Of a DNA stretch of 32,000 nucleotides, positions 8,522 through 18,122 are shown one piece after another. Source of the stretch: an uncultured Opitutales bacterium. Its GTDB lineage: Bacteria; Verrucomicrobiota; Verrucomicrobiia; Opitutales; Intestinicryptomonadaceae. The notes beneath the pieces were generated by a model, which searched no databases, was not told the origin of the DNA, and saw only the letters and a list, made by a program, of their open reading frames with translations. The stretch is taken from assembly GCA_934613415.1 (NCBI GenBank), contig CAKTSY010000005.1, forward strand, positions 120,001 through 152,000, in the 5' to 3' direction. Numbering within the stretch: the stretch's first letter is position 1; every line of letters begins with the position of its first letter. The position numbers and the translations under genes are program-made.

Positions 8522-9447
8522 ACAAGTCTGAACAAAGAGCCTACGACATTCTGCTAACCGCATACAACGCAAAGAGGCTGCACCACTCTATTCTGCTATA
8601 CGGCCCTTCGCTTAACGGGCTGGAGGAAGTTGCAAAAACACTGGCCTCGCAAATCCTAAAATGCGCCGACTGCACAAAGCACCCCGACTTTTTTACCCTC
8701 CGCCCCGAAGGCAAAATGCGCATAATAAAAATCGGCAGCGATTCGGAAAAGTCGCAGGGCAACTGGCCGCAAAACACAATGCGCCACCTGCTTGCCGAGC
8801 TTAGGCAAACTTCCAACGCAGGCGGCGCAAAAGTTGCCCTTGTATACGAAGCCGACCGAATGAATCAGGAGTCGGCAAATGCGTTTTTAAAGACGCTTGA
8901 AGAACCGCCGCAACAAACTACCATAATTTTGATTACGCAGCGCGCAAACGACATATTAGACACAATAAAAAGCCGCTGCATTATGGTGAAAATACAATCC
9001 GACGCAGAAGGCATAGACGATGAACAGTGGACCGAATGGATTGGCGATTTCGAAAACTGGGTAAAAAAGTGCGCAACGCCCGCAAATTCCAAAGAGGCCG
9101 TTGCAAATATAACGCAGTGCTACTCGCTGCTTTCGCGCTTTGCGCTTGTTGCAAAAGAGCTTTCCGACTCGGTTGTAGACGAGGCTACCAGCGAGGAGCT
9201 AGACGACGAACAGCTGGAGGCCATAAAGGCTTCCGAGCGCAAAAGCCTTACAAAAAAAATGCTTTCGCAAATGGAAAATGCCGTTTTAAATTCGGCAAGC
9301 TCGGGCGAAATTTCAATTTCAAAAATAGGAGCTTGCACCGAAAAGTTGGAACAATGCGCCTCTTTAATGGAGCTAAATTTAAAGGACACAACCGCCCTTG
9401 AATATTTTATGCTAAGCGCCCTTAGAATACTTTCGGCAAGAGACTGA
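8518..9447 (+). CDS. holB: DNA polymerase III subunit delta-prime
   Basis: 309 aa. HHSILLYGP clamp-loader N-domain, LKTLEEPP and the SRC motif (TIKSRC). ATGA start/stop overlap with tmk, and tmk-holB synteny is common. Confidence 0.85.
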   Translation: MNKSEQRAYDILLTAYNAKRLHHSILLYGPSLNGLEEVAKTLASQILKCADCTKHPDFFTLRPEGKMRIIKIGSDSEKSQGNWPQNTMRHLLAELRQTSNAGGAKVALVYEADRMNQESANAFLKTLEEPPQQTTIILITQRANDILDTIKSRCIMVKIQSDAEGIDDEQWTEWIGDFENWVKKCATPANSKEAVANITQCYSLLSRFALVAKELSDSVVDEATSEELDDEQLEAIKASERKSLTKKMLSQMENAVLNSASSGEISISKIGACTEKLEQCASLMELNLKDTTALEYFMLSALRILSARD

Positions 9448-9691
9448 TTTTGTCTTTGCCGAAAGCAAAGAGAATCTATTGTCGGGCAAAAATACATACA
9501 TTGTCCGCCTGCGCGTTTGTTTGTTCTATGTTTGTTCCATAAAAAACACATCGCGCGCGTGCCTATGGCATACAAACATCATTTTGCGCCAAGTTTGCCT
9601 TTTTTAAAAAGAACATTTACCACCGACAAAGCCAAGGCAAATGCAAAACCTACAAAGCAAACGGCATTCCACCCGCCGCAATTTCCCGCGC

Positions 9692-9724
9692 AAAAAAAGC
9701 CCTACCAAGAATCGGCAGAGCTTT
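9692..9724 (-). terminator. Rho-independent terminator downstream of hisD
   Basis: Minus strand has an 11-bp stem (two G-U pairs), AAAGCTCTGCC / GGTAGGGCTTT, with a 7-nt loop, followed by a T7 run. It sits 22 nt after the hisD stop. Confidence 0.6.
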
Positions 9725-9746
9725 ATGTTTTTTTGAAAATCTTATT

Positions 9747-11039
9747 TTACAAACGCTTTAAAAGCGAAGCTCCGTGGGCGTCGAGCATTTCCATTTTAGA
9801 AAACGCCGCAACAACGGGAGCGGCCTTTGCAATGGATTTTTTATCGTACTTTACGAACGACGACCTGCGCATAAAATCTATAAGCTGCAAGCCGCCCGAA
9901 AACCTGCCCGTTCCGCCCGTAGGCAGTGTGTGGCTAGGCCCTGCGGTAAAGTCGCCCAAAACGGTTGGGGTATATTCGCCCGCCAAAATCGCGCCCGCCG
10001 TTTTTATGTTCTTTTCCAAATAGGGCAAGTCTTTGGCTGCAACCTGAAGCTCCATATGCTCCGGGGCTATGCGGTTTGCAACGTAGGCTGCGCTTTTAAT
10101 GTCGGGGCAATGTATAACGTAGGTCGAATTTTCTATAATGGCCTTCAACTTTTCCCTGCGCGACAATGTTTGCGCCTGAATTTCTATTTCCTTTAAAACT
10201 TTTTTAAGCAAAGCTTCGGAGGTTGAAACATAGAATATGCGCTCTCTGCCCGAGCCGTGTTCGGCCTGCGAAAGAAGGTCGGCTGCAACGTATTTTGCCG
10301 AAGCCGTGCTGTCGGACAATATCAAAACTTCGCTGGGCCCTGGCAGCAAGTCTACGCCAACCTTGCCAAACATCTGCCTTTTTGCCTCTATAACAAACGC
10401 GTTGCCAGGGCCGAAAAGCTTGTCTACCGGCTTTATGGTTTTTGTACCCAAAGCCATTGCGGCTATTGCCTGGCTGCCGCCGCACTTGTAAATTTCGCTT
10501 ATGCCCAAAAAGTTTAGCGCGCAAAGCAGTTTAGAATTTATTTTGCCTTCGGGCGAAGGCGGCGTGCATACGCAAATTTCGGGGCACTTTGCAATTTTTG
10601 CCAAAACACCCGTCATTACAACGGTAGACACAAGGGGAACCTGCCCGCCGGGTATATAAAGCCCCACCCTGTTTATCGGGTAAAAATTTTCGCCTACTAT
10701 TGCGCCCTGCGGGTTTTTAGCCCTCCAATTTTTGGGCATCGTCTTTTTATGGAAGAACGAAACGCACTTTATGGCCTCTTTAATTTGCGCCTTTTCCTCT
10801 GCCGAAGTTTCCTTTAAAGCCCTTGCTATTTCAGATTTCGAAACCGCCAGTGTTTTTGGCGTCAACTCCGCTTTGTCGAATTTTTTTGTATATTCAAGCA
10901 AGGCGGTATCTCCGTTTAATTTAATGTCGGCAATAACTTTCGACACTATTTCGGCTATCTGCGAAGAGCCCTCTTTTGCATCGGTAATTTTGCAAAGTTC
11001 CTTTTCGAAATTTTTAGATTTAAAATCGAGAATTTTCAT
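9747..11039 (-). CDS. hisD: Histidinol dehydrogenase
   Basis: 430 aa. Family-wide similarity, including GPGN.FV, SQAEHG, APEH..L and FSGGL motifs. Confidence 0.95.
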   Translation of the reverse strand: MKILDFKSKNFEKELCKITDAKEGSSQIAEIVSKVIADIKLNGDTALLEYTKKFDKAELTPKTLAVSKSEIARALKETSAEEKAQIKEAIKCVSFFHKKTMPKNWRAKNPQGAIVGENFYPINRVGLYIPGGQVPLVSTVVMTGVLAKIAKCPEICVCTPPSPEGKINSKLLCALNFLGISEIYKCGGSQAIAAMALGTKTIKPVDKLFGPGNAFVIEAKRQMFGKVGVDLLPGPSEVLILSDSTASAKYVAADLLSQAEHGSGRERIFYVSTSEALLKKVLKEIEIQAQTLSRREKLKAIIENSTYVIHCPDIKSAAYVANRIAPEHMELQVAAKDLPYLEKNIKTAGAILAGEYTPTVLGDFTAGPSHTLPTGGTGRFSGGLQLIDFMRRSSFVKYDKKSIAKAAPVVAAFSKMEMLDAHGASLLKRL

Positions 11040-11043
11040 TTTC

Positions 11044-11553
11044 CTACTTTTTTTGCTCTTTTGGAAGAAATGCCATTGAAATTATAATGTACAAAAACAC
11101 GCCCACGCAAATGCCGCAATCGGCAATGTTAAAGGCGGGCCACCTGTAGTTTACATAGGGGATATAAACGTCTAAAAAATCGACAACGTGCCCGCAGGTT
11201 ATCCTGTCGAGCAGATTGCCCAAAACGCCGCCAACAAACATTCCCATACAAATGCAAACCGACTTAAATTCGAACCCAAGCTCTCTTCTAAAAAGCCAGA
11301 TTGCTACCAGCGTAAGCAAGGCTATGCTGCTTAAAAAATAGGTTCTGCCGCTAAGCATACCCCAGGCGGCTCCCGCATTTGTAACGTGTATTATCGAGAA
11401 AAACCCGTCTATAATATCTATTTTGTCGTCGGCAAACGAAACGAATTTTATCACCGCCAACTTGCTTAGCTGGTCGGCAATAAAAAGCGCAAACGCAGTC
11501 AACATAAAATAGAATATGTTTTCGCGCGCAATGGGCTGTTTTTTAGACGCCAT
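11044..11553 (-). CDS. lspA: Lipoprotein signal peptidase (signal peptidase II)
   Basis: 169 aa. Four TM helices, with motifs NAGAAWG and FNIADCGICVG. Lies downstream of ileS, as in many bacteria. Confidence 0.9.
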   Translation of the reverse strand: MASKKQPIARENIFYFMLTAFALFIADQLSKLAVIKFVSFADDKIDIIDGFFSIIHVTNAGAAWGMLSGRTYFLSSIALLTLVAIWLFRRELGFEFKSVCICMGMFVGGVLGNLLDRITCGHVVDFLDVYIPYVNYRWPAFNIADCGICVGVFLYIIISMAFLPKEQKK

Positions 11554-11557
11554 AAAT

Positions 11558-12805
11558 TTATTCGCCGTCGTCGCCGTTAGAGATGGAATCCGACGGAATT
11601 TCGCCCATCATTTCCTGACGCGCGCCAAGCTTTTGCTTGCGTATTTCGTCTTCCTTGTGGCGTTGACCCTCTATTGTGTAGCGCGTATAGGGAATCGAAA
11701 GCAGTCTGGCCTCGGGAATGGGTTTGCCCGTATATTCGCAAATGCCGTAGGTTCCGTTTTTAATGCGTTCTATTGCGGCCTCTATTTCGCCAACAATAAC
11801 CTTGTCGTTCGAAATCATCGAAAAAGCCATATCTCTTTCAAAACTTTCGGTGCCCACATCGGCCTGGTGCTGTCCGTAGGCCGACAAGTCGCCCGACTCC
11901 TCCCTAACCGACTTTTTAAGTATTTCCGAAGACCTTTCGCTTACGCCCCTCTTGTATTTTTCGAGAAGGTCTACCAAAAGGTTGTAATATTTTTTCCACT
12001 TTTGCGGAACGTCTTTTTCGGCGATAATGCCTATGCGCTGCTGACGCGGGTCGAAACCCAAAATATCGGCAATCGAAGCTACTTCGAAAGTCTGTTTGGG
12101 GGCTGCGGCCATTTTCTTTTTAATGGTGTCGGCCGAAGAATTTGCCTTGCCTTTTTTTGAATCGGCCTTGCCCGAAACCGACGAAGACGGAGCGTCTTTT
12201 TTGCCCTTGTTTTCGTTCATAAGGGCAATGATTTCGTCGTACGAGCTGTAGATAGAGGCGGCAGCTCTCACGCGCTGCTTGCCCTTTTTCTTTTTAGTAT
12301 CCCTTAAAGGAACTTTTGCCGCCAATGCGTCTTTTAAAATGGCGTCTTTGTCGATAAGGTCTAAAATATTTGTTGTTTCTGGCGCAGACTGTTTTTTTGC
12401 CTCTTTTTTTGCGTGGGCTGGCTTTGCCGTTTTTTTTGTCGCGCTAGGCTGCAATTTTGCGGGCTGCTTTGCCTTTATAGGCGCAGCCGCCTTTGCCTGA
12501 ACTTTTGCAACGGGTTTTGCCTGCTTTATTTCGGGCTTTTTGGCTGGCTTTGCCGCGGCTTTGTTTAGAGCTTGCTGTTTTACAACCGCCTTTTTTGCAA
12601 CCGCTTTTACCTGCGCTTTTACCGCAACCTTTTTGGCTGGCTGTTTTTTTGCCTCTTTTTTTGCGGGGGCTGGCTTTACCGTCTTTTTAACCGCCGACGC
12701 CTTTTTGGGGGCTTCTTTTTTAACCGATTTTAACGCTGGTTTTTTTGCCGCAACCTTTTTGGCTGCGGGCTTTGCCTTGTTTTTATTTACGGTTTTGTTT
12801 TTCAT
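11558..12805 (-). CDS. DksA/TraR-family protein with ~150 aa Lys/Ala/Pro-rich N-terminal extension, 415 aa
   Basis: The C-terminal ~110 aa match the DksA/TraR family (QADVGTESFERDMAF...IEAAIERIKNGTYGICEYTGKPIPEARLLSIPYTRYTIEGQ). The N-terminal third is AKK/PAKK-rich low complexity. Only one of the four canonical finger Cys is retained. Confidence 0.8.
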   Translation of the reverse strand: MKNKTVNKNKAKPAAKKVAAKKPALKSVKKEAPKKASAVKKTVKPAPAKKEAKKQPAKKVAVKAQVKAVAKKAVVKQQALNKAAAKPAKKPEIKQAKPVAKVQAKAAAPIKAKQPAKLQPSATKKTAKPAHAKKEAKKQSAPETTNILDLIDKDAILKDALAAKVPLRDTKKKKGKQRVRAAASIYSSYDEIIALMNENKGKKDAPSSSVSGKADSKKGKANSSADTIKKKMAAAPKQTFEVASIADILGFDPRQQRIGIIAEKDVPQKWKKYYNLLVDLLEKYKRGVSERSSEILKKSVREESGDLSAYGQHQADVGTESFERDMAFSMISNDKVIVGEIEAAIERIKNGTYGICEYTGKPIPEARLLSIPYTRYTIEGQRHKEDEIRKQKLGARQEMMGEIPSDSISNGDDGE

Positions 12806-12823
12806 TTTTAAGCAGAAAAAGTC

Positions 12824-15625
12824 CTATTTATTTTCTATTTCTTTTAAGGCTTCGGCACAACGCGGGCATACGCCGTTTTCGTCTACCGAATCTACCGTGC
12901 GCCAGCACCTAGAACACTTTACACCGTCTGCCATATGCGCCTGAACCGAAAGCGTTTCAAACTTGCCCTCTACAATGCAAACTTTCGAAACGATAAACAA
13001 TTCGGCAAGCTTATCGGCAAATTCGCGCAAAATTTTAGCGTCGGGGCTGTCGGCGTTAACCATAACGTCTACCTCGGCCTCAAGGCTTTTGCCTATAACC
13101 TTATCTTTACGCAGTTTTTCAAGCTCTTCGTTTACCTTATCTCTTATGGCAAAAATGCGCTCAAGCTTTTCGTAGTTTTCATCGTCTAGATAGTCTTTGT
13201 GTTTTTCGGGCCACTTACAAAGGTGAACCGAATTCTTTGAAAATTCGTCGCCGTTGGAAATGCAGTAGGCTTCGTCGCAAGTGAATACCAATATGGGCGA
13301 AAGTATTTTAAGGAAAGTATCCTTAATTATATACATTGCCGTTTGCGAAGACCTGCGCGACTTCGAATTTGGAGCAAAAGTATACATTCTGTCTTTTAGA
13401 ATGTCGTGGTATATTCTAGACATATGCACACCGCAAAATACGTCTACCAAGCGGTAGATGCGGTGGAATTCGTAGTTTTCGTACGCCTTTTCGCAACCGT
13501 TTACCAAAAGGGCAAGCTTGTGCAACGCCCATTTATCGATGGCGTCCATTTCGTTCCACGCAACCGCGTCTTTCGAATAGTCGAAATCGTACAAATTGCC
13601 CAACTGGTACATAATTGTGTTTCTTATGCTGCGGTATGTGTTTGCAACGTGAACCAAAATGCCGTCGGAAATCGGAATGTCGCTTTGGTAGTCTTCCGAG
13701 CTAATCCAAAGCCTTATGATGTCGGCGCCGTATTTGTTTACATAGGCATCGGCGGTAGAAGGCTTTGCGTCGCTCTTCGAAATCTTTTTGCGCTGTTCGT
13801 TTACAATAAAGCCGTGGGTTATAACCTTTTTAAAGGGCGGCAAGCCTTTTACTATTGTACCTGTCCACAACGAACTTTGGAACCAGCCTCTGTGCTGGTC
13901 GGAACCTTCCAAATATAAATCCGCAGGCCAAGCCAAGTCGGGGTTTTTGGCCAAAACCGCCAAGTGGCTGCTGCCCGAATCTATCCAAACGTCCAAAGTG
14001 TCGGTGCCCTTTTTAAGCTCGTTTTTCGGACCAAAGCTTTCGGGAACAGAAACACCTTCAAGCAACTCGGCTTCGCTTTGCTCGAACCAAATGTTTGTGC
14101 CAGCCTTTTCAACCTTGTCGGCAATGGCGCGGACAATGCCGGCGTCTATATGGGCAACGCCCTTTGCGTCGTAGAATGCGGGAATCGGAACGCCCCAGGC
14201 TCTTTGACGCGAAATGCACCAGTCGGGACGCGATTCTACAGCCCCCCTAATTCTGTTTTCGCCCCACGACGGCACCCATTGAACTTTTGAAATGTTTGCC
14301 AACGCTTTTTTGCGCATATCGTATTTGTCGAGCGAAACAAACCACTGATCCATTGCCCTGAATATAACGGGGGTTTTAGACCTCCAGCAATGGGGGTATT
14401 GGTGGGTTATCTTCTTCATTTTAAGGAGCGAACCGTTTGCCTCGATTTTTTCCAAAACCTTTATATTGGCAACGCTTTTGCCGTTTACTTCCAAAACGCT
14501 TACGCCAACTAAGTCGGCGGGAATTTGCCCGTCGTCTACATAGGCACCATCGTCGTCTAGCGGGCAATACACTTCCAAGCCGTTTGCCAAACCTGTCTGA
14601 TAGTCTTCCAAACCATGCCCGGGAGCAATGTGTACGCAGCCCGTACCGTTGTCTTCGGTAATGTAGGTTGCCGCAATTATGGGGCTTGCCCTGCCGATAA
14701 ACGGGTGCCTTGCCTTTAAGCCTGCAAGCTGCGCGCCCTTGCAAAGGGGTTTAACCGTTGCGTTTTCAAGCTCGCAATTTTTAATGAAATCTTCGGCCAA
14801 TGCCGATGAAACTACAAACTGACCCTTGTCGCATTCAACAACGCAGTAGTCGAAATCGGGGTGGACTGCCACCGCCAAGTTCGAAGGCAGTGTCCACGGG
14901 GTAGTTGTCCAAATAACTATCTTACCGTTTTTAAGCGAAAGCTTTTGTTTGGCTTCGTCGTCGAGGTTAAACGCAACCCAAATAGACGGGCTTGTGTGTT
15001 CCTGATACTCGATTTCGGCTTCCGCCAATGCGGTTTTGCAGGGAATAGACCAATATACGGGCTTTTTGCTGCGGTATACCAAACCCTCTTCGATAAACTT
15101 GGCAAAAGTCCTTAAAATTTCGGCCTCGTATTCGGGGTTTTTGGTTTTATATTCGTGCTGCCAGTCGGCCAAAACGCCCAAGCGTATAAACTGCTTGCGC
15201 TGTTTTTCGATGAAATCCGACGAAAACTTTGCGCATTCTGCCCTAAGCTGGGCTGTTGTTAAAAAGCGTTTTTCCTCTTTAAGGATTTTAGAAACCTTGT
15301 GCTCTATAGGCAAACCGTGGCAGTCCCACCCCGGAACATAGGGCACTTTGTAGCCTTTCATCGTCTTATACTTTATAACGATGTCCTTTAAAATTTTGTT
15401 GAGAGCCGTTCCTATGTGAACGTCGCCGTTGGTAAAGGGCGGGCCGTCGTGCAATACAAACTTAGGGCACCCCTCGCGCGATTTTTGAATTGTTTCGTAC
15501 AGCTTGTTGTCGGCCCAATGCTGAATGCGCACGGGCTCGCGTTTAACCAAATCGCCCCTCATCGGGAAAGCGGTTTTGGGCAAATTCAAAGTGTCTTTAT
15601 AATCTTTTCCTGCTTTTTCTGCCAT
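12824..15625 (-). CDS. ileS: Isoleucine--tRNA ligase (type 1), 933 aa
   Basis: HIGH motif ([11 protein letters not shown]), KMSKS variant (KISKS), CP1 editing domain and a C-terminal Zn finger (CSRCWR...CPRCAEAL). The track start at 15631 is a TTG, so I prefer the ATG at 15625 ([18 protein letters not shown]). Confidence 0.97.
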   Translation of the reverse strand: MAEKAGKDYKDTLNLPKTAFPMRGDLVKREPVRIQHWADNKLYETIQKSREGCPKFVLHDGPPFTNGDVHIGTALNKILKDIVIKYKTMKGYKVPYVPGWDCHGLPIEHKVSKILKEEKRFLTTAQLRAECAKFSSDFIEKQRKQFIRLGVLADWQHEYKTKNPEYEAEILRTFAKFIEEGLVYRSKKPVYWSIPCKTALAEAEIEYQEHTSPSIWVAFNLDDEAKQKLSLKNGKIVIWTTTPWTLPSNLAVAVHPDFDYCVVECDKGQFVVSSALAEDFIKNCELENATVKPLCKGAQLAGLKARHPFIGRASPIIAATYITEDNGTGCVHIAPGHGLEDYQTGLANGLEVYCPLDDDGAYVDDGQIPADLVGVSVLEVNGKSVANIKVLEKIEANGSLLKMKKITHQYPHCWRSKTPVIFRAMDQWFVSLDKYDMRKKALANISKVQWVPSWGENRIRGAVESRPDWCISRQRAWGVPIPAFYDAKGVAHIDAGIVRAIADKVEKAGTNIWFEQSEAELLEGVSVPESFGPKNELKKGTDTLDVWIDSGSSHLAVLAKNPDLAWPADLYLEGSDQHRGWFQSSLWTGTIVKGLPPFKKVITHGFIVNEQRKKISKSDAKPSTADAYVNKYGADIIRLWISSEDYQSDIPISDGILVHVANTYRSIRNTIMYQLGNLYDFDYSKDAVAWNEMDAIDKWALHKLALLVNGCEKAYENYEFHRIYRLVDVFCGVHMSRIYHDILKDRMYTFAPNSKSRRSSQTAMYIIKDTFLKILSPILVFTCDEAYCISNGDEFSKNSVHLCKWPEKHKDYLDDENYEKLERIFAIRDKVNEELEKLRKDKVIGKSLEAEVDVMVNADSPDAKILREFADKLAELFIVSKVCIVEGKFETLSVQAHMADGVKCSRCWRTVDSVDENGVCPRCAEALKEIENK

Positions 15626-15648
15626 AATCAAGTGTAAAAATTTTAAGA

Positions 15649-15677
15649 AATTTTGTCCTATTTTAGATATATGTCAA
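15649..15677 (-). promoter_or_regulatory. Candidate promoter of the ileS operon
   Basis: Minus strand reads TTGACA-17 nt-AAAATT, ~23 nt upstream of the ATG. The -10 is weak. Confidence 0.3.
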
Positions 15678-15769
15678 CATATTAGACTTCATATTGCGGC
15701 GATTTTTGGATTTTTGAAAATTTTTATTTTTTAGCACGGCAAAATAAATGAGCAAAAAATATTATTTTT

Positions 15770-15797
15770 TTGACAGAGCAAGCACTCGCCCTATTTT
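15770..15797 (+). promoter_or_regulatory. Candidate promoter of GH92 copy 1
   Basis: TTGACA-16 nt-TATTTT, with the -10 ending 9 nt before the ATG at 15807. No SD. Confidence 0.4.
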
Positions 15798-15806
15798 TTG
15801 CTACTT

Positions 15807-18008
15807 ATGAAAAAATTTATAACAATACTTGCCTTGACTTTGCTTTTTGGCACAAATTGGCTAATTGCAAGCGACTACACAAAATATGTAAATCCCTTTA
15901 TAGGCACTAGTTATAACGGCCACGTTTTCCCCGGGCCCTGTATGCCACTGGGTTTGGTGCAGCCCGGCCCCGAAACGGGCAACGGCAACTGGAAATATAC
16001 CGGCGGCTACAACCGCGACGACAACAAAATTTGGTTTTTCGGACAAACCCACATTAGCGGCACGGGCGTTGCAGATTTAGGCGATGTTGCCTTTATTCCC
16101 TTTACGGGCAGCCCATACAAAAAAGACTTTAAAAGCACTTTCAACAAAAATACCGAAATTGCAGAAATTGGCCTTTACAAAGTAGATTTAACCGACGCGA
16201 AAGCCACGGTAAAAATCAGCTGCACCGAAAGAGCAGCCATATACGAAATTACTTTCAACGACAACAACGGCGGCCTATTTTTCGACTTTCAAAGCGGATT
16301 GACAAGCGACAGATACGACTGGAAAAAGACTTACGACAACCGCGTTTTAAAGTCCGACATAAAACAACTTAGCCAGTTCGAAATTACGGGAGCGCAAACG
16401 GTAACAAGGTGGGTAAAGCGCGACGTTTTCTTCGACATTGTTTTCGACAAGCCCATTAAAGATACCATTCTTACAAAGGCGCAACTCCCCCAAAGGGGCG
16501 ACAAATTTACGCTGCTTTTCGGCTTAAAAAAAGGCGACACATTAAAGGTGAAAATCTCGCTTTCTACCGTAAGCGTTAAAAACGCGCAAATGAATATGAA
16601 AGCCGAGCTACCCCACTGGGATTTCGACAAGGTTGTAGCCCAAAATAAGCTAGCATGGAACAAGATTTTAAATAAAATTAAAGCCCAGGGCACAAAGGGC
16701 GAATTGGTAAATTTTTATACCTGTATGTACCACGCTTTTATACACCCCGCCAATATTGCCGACACCAACGGACAATATAGGGGAGCCGACAACCGTGTAA
16801 AAACATCGCCTAGCGGCAACTACTATTCGCTGTTTTCGCTGTGGGATACCTATAGGGCAGAACACCCCCTGTTTACAGTTATTGCCCCCGAATATGTAGA
16901 CGACTTTGCAAACTCTATGCTAGCCCACTACGATGCCCAAGGCTATATGCCCATTTGGACGCTTTGGGGCAAGGAAAACCATTGTATGATTGGCAACCAC
17001 TCTATTGCCGTTGTAGCCGAAGCCATCGCAAAGGGCTTTAAGGGCTTCGACTACGAAAGAGCTTTGAATGCCTTTGTAGATTCTGCCGACAAAAAATTGC
17101 CAAAGTCGAACGGCAAAGAGCTTGAAAGGCAGGGCTATTATTCGTACGACTATTTTAAAAACGAGTCGGTATCGAGAACACTTGAGGGCTGCTACGACGA
17201 CTATGCCATAGCCAAAACCGCCCAAAAACTCGGCAAAAAAAACATAGAACAGCGTTTTACAAAACGCTCGCTTTTATACAGAAACTTGTTCGATTTTAAT
17301 TTGCTTTTAATGAGGGCAAAAAACGCAAAAGGCGACTGGCGCGAGCCATTCGACCCCTTGGAACTTTCGCACGATGCCACCATGGGCGGCGACTTTACCG
17401 AGGGCAACGCCTGGCAATACACCTGGCACGTTCAGCACGACATCGACGGCCTTATAAATATGTTCGGCGGCAGCGAAAAGTTTTGCGAACGCCTAAACTA
17501 TTTCTTTAAGAATACCGACAAGCCTAAATCGCAGCGCAAGGGAACCACCCACGACGTTTCGGGTATGATTGGCCAATACGCCCACGGCAACGAACCTAGC
17601 CACCACGTTATTTATATGTTTGCGTTGGCGGGGCAAAAATGGCGCACGCAGGAGTTGGTAAGGGAAGTTTTCGACAAATTCTACCAACCTACAATAGACG
17701 GCCTTTGCGGCAACGACGACTGCGGCCAAATGAGCGCATGGGCAATATTCTCGGCAATGGGCTTTTACCCAGTAGACCCTGTTTCTACCGAATATGTTTT
17801 GGGAGCTCCCCAGCTGCCCGAAATGACTGTAAACCTTGCAAACGGCAAAACATTTAAGGTGCTAGCCCGCAACATTTCGAAGGCAAATAAATATGTAAAA
17901 TCCGTTAAGCTTAACGGCAAACCCTACACAAAAAATTGCATAAGCCATGCCGACATTGTAAATGGTGGTGTGCTTGAATTTGAAATGACAAACACCCCGC
18001 AAAAATAA
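15807..18008 (+). CDS. Glycoside hydrolase family 92 alpha-mannosidase, secreted (copy 1), 733 aa
   Basis: GH92 signature blocks YVNPFIGT..GHVFPGP, SLWDTYRAEHPL, GNHS..VVAEA..KG, EGNAWQYTWHVQHD, GNEPSHH and CGNDDCGQMSAW. Sec signal peptide. The track start at 15798 is a TTG, so I prefer the ATG at 15807 (MKKFITILALTLLFG). Confidence 0.93.
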   Translation: MKKFITILALTLLFGTNWLIASDYTKYVNPFIGTSYNGHVFPGPCMPLGLVQPGPETGNGNWKYTGGYNRDDNKIWFFGQTHISGTGVADLGDVAFIPFTGSPYKKDFKSTFNKNTEIAEIGLYKVDLTDAKATVKISCTERAAIYEITFNDNNGGLFFDFQSGLTSDRYDWKKTYDNRVLKSDIKQLSQFEITGAQTVTRWVKRDVFFDIVFDKPIKDTILTKAQLPQRGDKFTLLFGLKKGDTLKVKISLSTVSVKNAQMNMKAELPHWDFDKVVAQNKLAWNKILNKIKAQGTKGELVNFYTCMYHAFIHPANIADTNGQYRGADNRVKTSPSGNYYSLFSLWDTYRAEHPLFTVIAPEYVDDFANSMLAHYDAQGYMPIWTLWGKENHCMIGNHSIAVVAEAIAKGFKGFDYERALNAFVDSADKKLPKSNGKELERQGYYSYDYFKNESVSRTLEGCYDDYAIAKTAQKLGKKNIEQRFTKRSLLYRNLFDFNLLLMRAKNAKGDWREPFDPLELSHDATMGGDFTEGNAWQYTWHVQHDIDGLINMFGGSEKFCERLNYFFKNTDKPKSQRKGTTHDVSGMIGQYAHGNEPSHHVIYMFALAGQKWRTQELVREVFDKFYQPTIDGLCGNDDCGQMSAWAIFSAMGFYPVDPVSTEYVLGAPQLPEMTVNLANGKTFKVLARNISKANKYVKSVKLNGKPYTKNCISHADIVNGGVLEFEMTNTPQK

Positions 18009-18029
18009 TTTTTGCCAATTTACCAAACA

Positions 18030-18060
18030 AAAGGCGGCTTTAAAACAAGCCGCTTTTTTT
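18030..18060 (+). terminator. Rho-independent terminator after GH92 copy 1
   Basis: GCGGCTT-loop-AAGCCGC followed by T7. Confidence 0.7.
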
Positions 18061-18082
18061 GTAAACGTTTATGTATATTTAT

Positions 18083-18111
18083 TTGACATAACCTAGTAAA
18101 GCCAAGAGAAT
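18083..18111 (+). promoter_or_regulatory. Candidate promoter of GH92 copy 2
   Basis: TTGACA-17 nt-GAGAAT, with the -10 ending 11 nt before the ATG at 18123. No SD. Confidence 0.35.
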
Positions 18112-18122
18112 TTACAACATCT

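Noticed and set aside
9517-10023. 168-aa plus-strand ORF starting in the holB/hisD spacer
   Set aside because: It reads through the hisD terminator and then antisense into hisD. It has no motifs or translation signals.
11516-12160. 214-aa plus-strand ORF antisense to lspA and the DksA-like gene, plus plus-strand ORFs at 12279-12944
   Set aside because: It is antisense to recognisable genes. The 12.3-12.9 kb ORFs are Phe/Ala/Leu-rich mirror images of the Lys/Ala-rich coding repeat.
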